From: Felis catus
Lineage: Eukaryota
Reading direction: 5' to 3'
Length of the DNA: 64,000 nt
Assembly (NCBI RefSeq): GCF_018350175.1
Contig: NC_058368.1
Span: 207,702,001 to 207,766,000 of the forward strand
Shown: positions 62,411 through 64,000 of the stretch, one piece after another
Position numbering within the stretch: the first letter of the stretch is position 1
How the letters are laid out: every line of letters starts with the position of its first letter
The notes under the pieces: model-generated
The model's input: the letters and a program-made list of their open reading frames with translations, nothing else
Database searches by the model: none
Told to the model about the DNA's origin: nothing
Made by a program: the position numbers and the translations under genes

Positions 62411-62770
62411 AAACCATACTGCTAAATATGGCAATATCTGCAAATCACTGATTCAGAACTTAGTAGTATATGAAAACAGGAGTCTGTTGGGAGATAGTCT
62501 CTATAAGAGATGCTTAAGATACATACACTTAAGATATTTGGTAACTACCTGGGTATAACTTCCTAGTTAAGACTATTACTGTTTCCTGAAAAAGGAAATT
62601 TGGGGAAGTTTTTTGTTTTTTCTTTTTTGATGTTTAAATTAATTTGATTATTGTACATAATGAATTTGAGGTAGACAGACCACCAGAAACTGAGCTATGG
62701 TGCTCTATTTGAAGATGAAATCTAGAATTGAAAATTTGGGGCATTGTTTACTTAAAAAATGAAAACTGAG

Positions 62771-62825
62771 CACTGGGTGTTGTATGAAACCAATTTGACA
62801 ATAAATTTCATATTAAGTAAAAAAA
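62771..62825 (+). mobile_element. Minimal cat-type L1 3' end (~45 nt + A tail)
   Basis: CACTGGGTGTTGTATGAAACCAATTTGACAATAAATTTCATATT; perfect 17-bp TSD AAAAAATGAAAACTGAG at 62754-62770 and 62826-62842. Confidence 0.88.
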
Positions 62826-62859
62826 AAAAAATGAAAACTGAGTTTGTTATAGTTAGGGA

Positions 62860-63400
62860 GACTATGAAAAGAGAAACCAGAGGGCAAAGGATACAACTTT
62901 AGGTCATGTTAAAGGATATGAAGCAGGAGGAAGAATACAGACAAAGGGACACACAAGGAACAGTGAGAAATAGTTATGAAGGAAGGCCAAGACAGTATAA
63001 TTATAGAAACCAAGGGACAGAAGGTAGATTTGGCTATCATATTGGCCAGTACTGTAATGGAAAAGTCAAGGAGTTTGAAGAGCTGAGAAAAAACCCTTGC
63101 ATTAGGGCAAGTAGTAAACTTGAGAACAACTTTTAGTGGAATGCTGACCTAGATTGATGATGTTTAGGAGATGATGAGGTAAGAATAAATTAACTTGAAG
63201 TTCAGAGATATGTTAAAAGAAGTTATGTTACTTCAAAAATGGAAGAGTGGCAGAAGCATGTTTTGTTTTGTTTGAAGATAGGTTAAAAGAGTTTAGTGAA
63301 AGAGATGAATGAGAAATAGTAACTAATGGTAGAAATACTAGAATGAGATAAAATGGAGAATCAGGAATACAAATGGAAATGTTAGGTAATAACACTGCAA
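62860..63400 (-). mobile_element. Probable degraded L2 (purine-rich) fragment
   Basis: A/G-rich text typical of antisense L2; weak match. Confidence 0.4.
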
Positions 63401-64000
63401 TAGATTTCTGACCCACACTAAAATGTCCTGCAGCCAAAGTGAATTTTTACCCTTTTGCTCCTTTATCAGTTTCTGAGAGTGAAGAAGCCCTTCATTACAT
63501 TCATAGAAGCCACCTGTCAGACAATTGCTCTGAACTATAAATAGTCATGTTTTGTAGAGAAAAATAGAAACATGAAAGTAGCCGTACAAGCAAAATGTAC
63601 AACTAACTTCTAAATAATTCTAACAGGCTGGGTGTATATCACAATTAATTGTCTACGCCTTAGGCCCAGCTGTTCTATTCTTTTACAGGCTTATTTACAT
63701 AGTGAACTGTTTCAAAGACAAACAGGATCTTTCTCATATAATAAAAGATTTCCTCATTAGGGTACTGTGGAAATCTAATAATTTTACAAATATCTTTGTA
63801 AATATAGTAAATTAAGACATAGAAATTACAGTACAACATCCAGTGATTGTATTTTTAATATAGTTATTGCTTTTAGTTTTACTATCTTAGAAAATGCTCT
63901 ATTGCAGACAGTATTTTTCATATTTTTCTGACAAAAAAATGACATTAAAGTAAATGTCACAACAGAAATCTTTGAATGACAGCCACTTCTGTAGACTGGT

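Larger units (their letters stand above)
35405..64000 (+). other. RICTOR: RICTOR intron 2 (partial; exon 3 lies beyond the window)
   Basis: I found no exon encoding the expected continuation (EPSDNLREILQNVA...). Confidence 0.85.

Noticed and set aside
6891..62417. Recurring ORF GAPGWRSRLSVRLQPGHDL...VPKINKR and its antisense counterparts
   Set aside because: These are translations of young CAN-SINE copies, not a gene family.
1..64000. CRISPR arrays, operons or other prokaryote-type systems
   Set aside because: The sequence is mammalian; repeats are dispersed retroelements or microsatellites with no repeat-spacer periodicity.

Overview
Mammalian genomic DNA from a felid (cat family), judged by ~41 tRNA-derived CAN-SINEs, including near-identical young SINEC_Fc-type copies, and cat-type L1 3' ends. 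Two genes lie in tandem on the + strand. The first is the 3' end of FYB1 (ADAP/SLAP-130): three small coding exons at 8097-8130, 10835-10866 and 11643-11665 spelling ...YGYVLRSYLVDNDGEIYDDIADGCIYDND*, then a 3' UTR. After ~21 kb of repeat-rich intergenic DNA comes the 5' end of RICTOR (mTORC2 subunit): a CpG-island promoter, coding exon 1 (35137-35185), exon 2 (35357-35404) and the first ~28.6 kb of intron 2, which runs off the window. Most other sequence is transposon-derived (SINEs, L1, L2, CR1/L3, MIR, LTRs, DNA-transposon fossils). Almost all ORFs in the supplied track are repeat-derived or spurious. I found no evidence of a new protein-coding system. The most interesting unexplained signals are regulatory or splicing-related: a palindrome cluster with paired RORE-like sites and an E-box (52.6 kb), an AG|GTGAGT recursive-splice-like site in the loop of an inverted SINE pair (62.1 kb), a candidate poison micro-exon (47.5 kb), a TISU/YY1-like RICTOR start context, FOXO sites around the promoter, and two SINE-into-SINE insertions at the same host position. 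Repeat family names come from my recollection of consensus sequences, not from a database search, and boundaries of old repeats are approximate.
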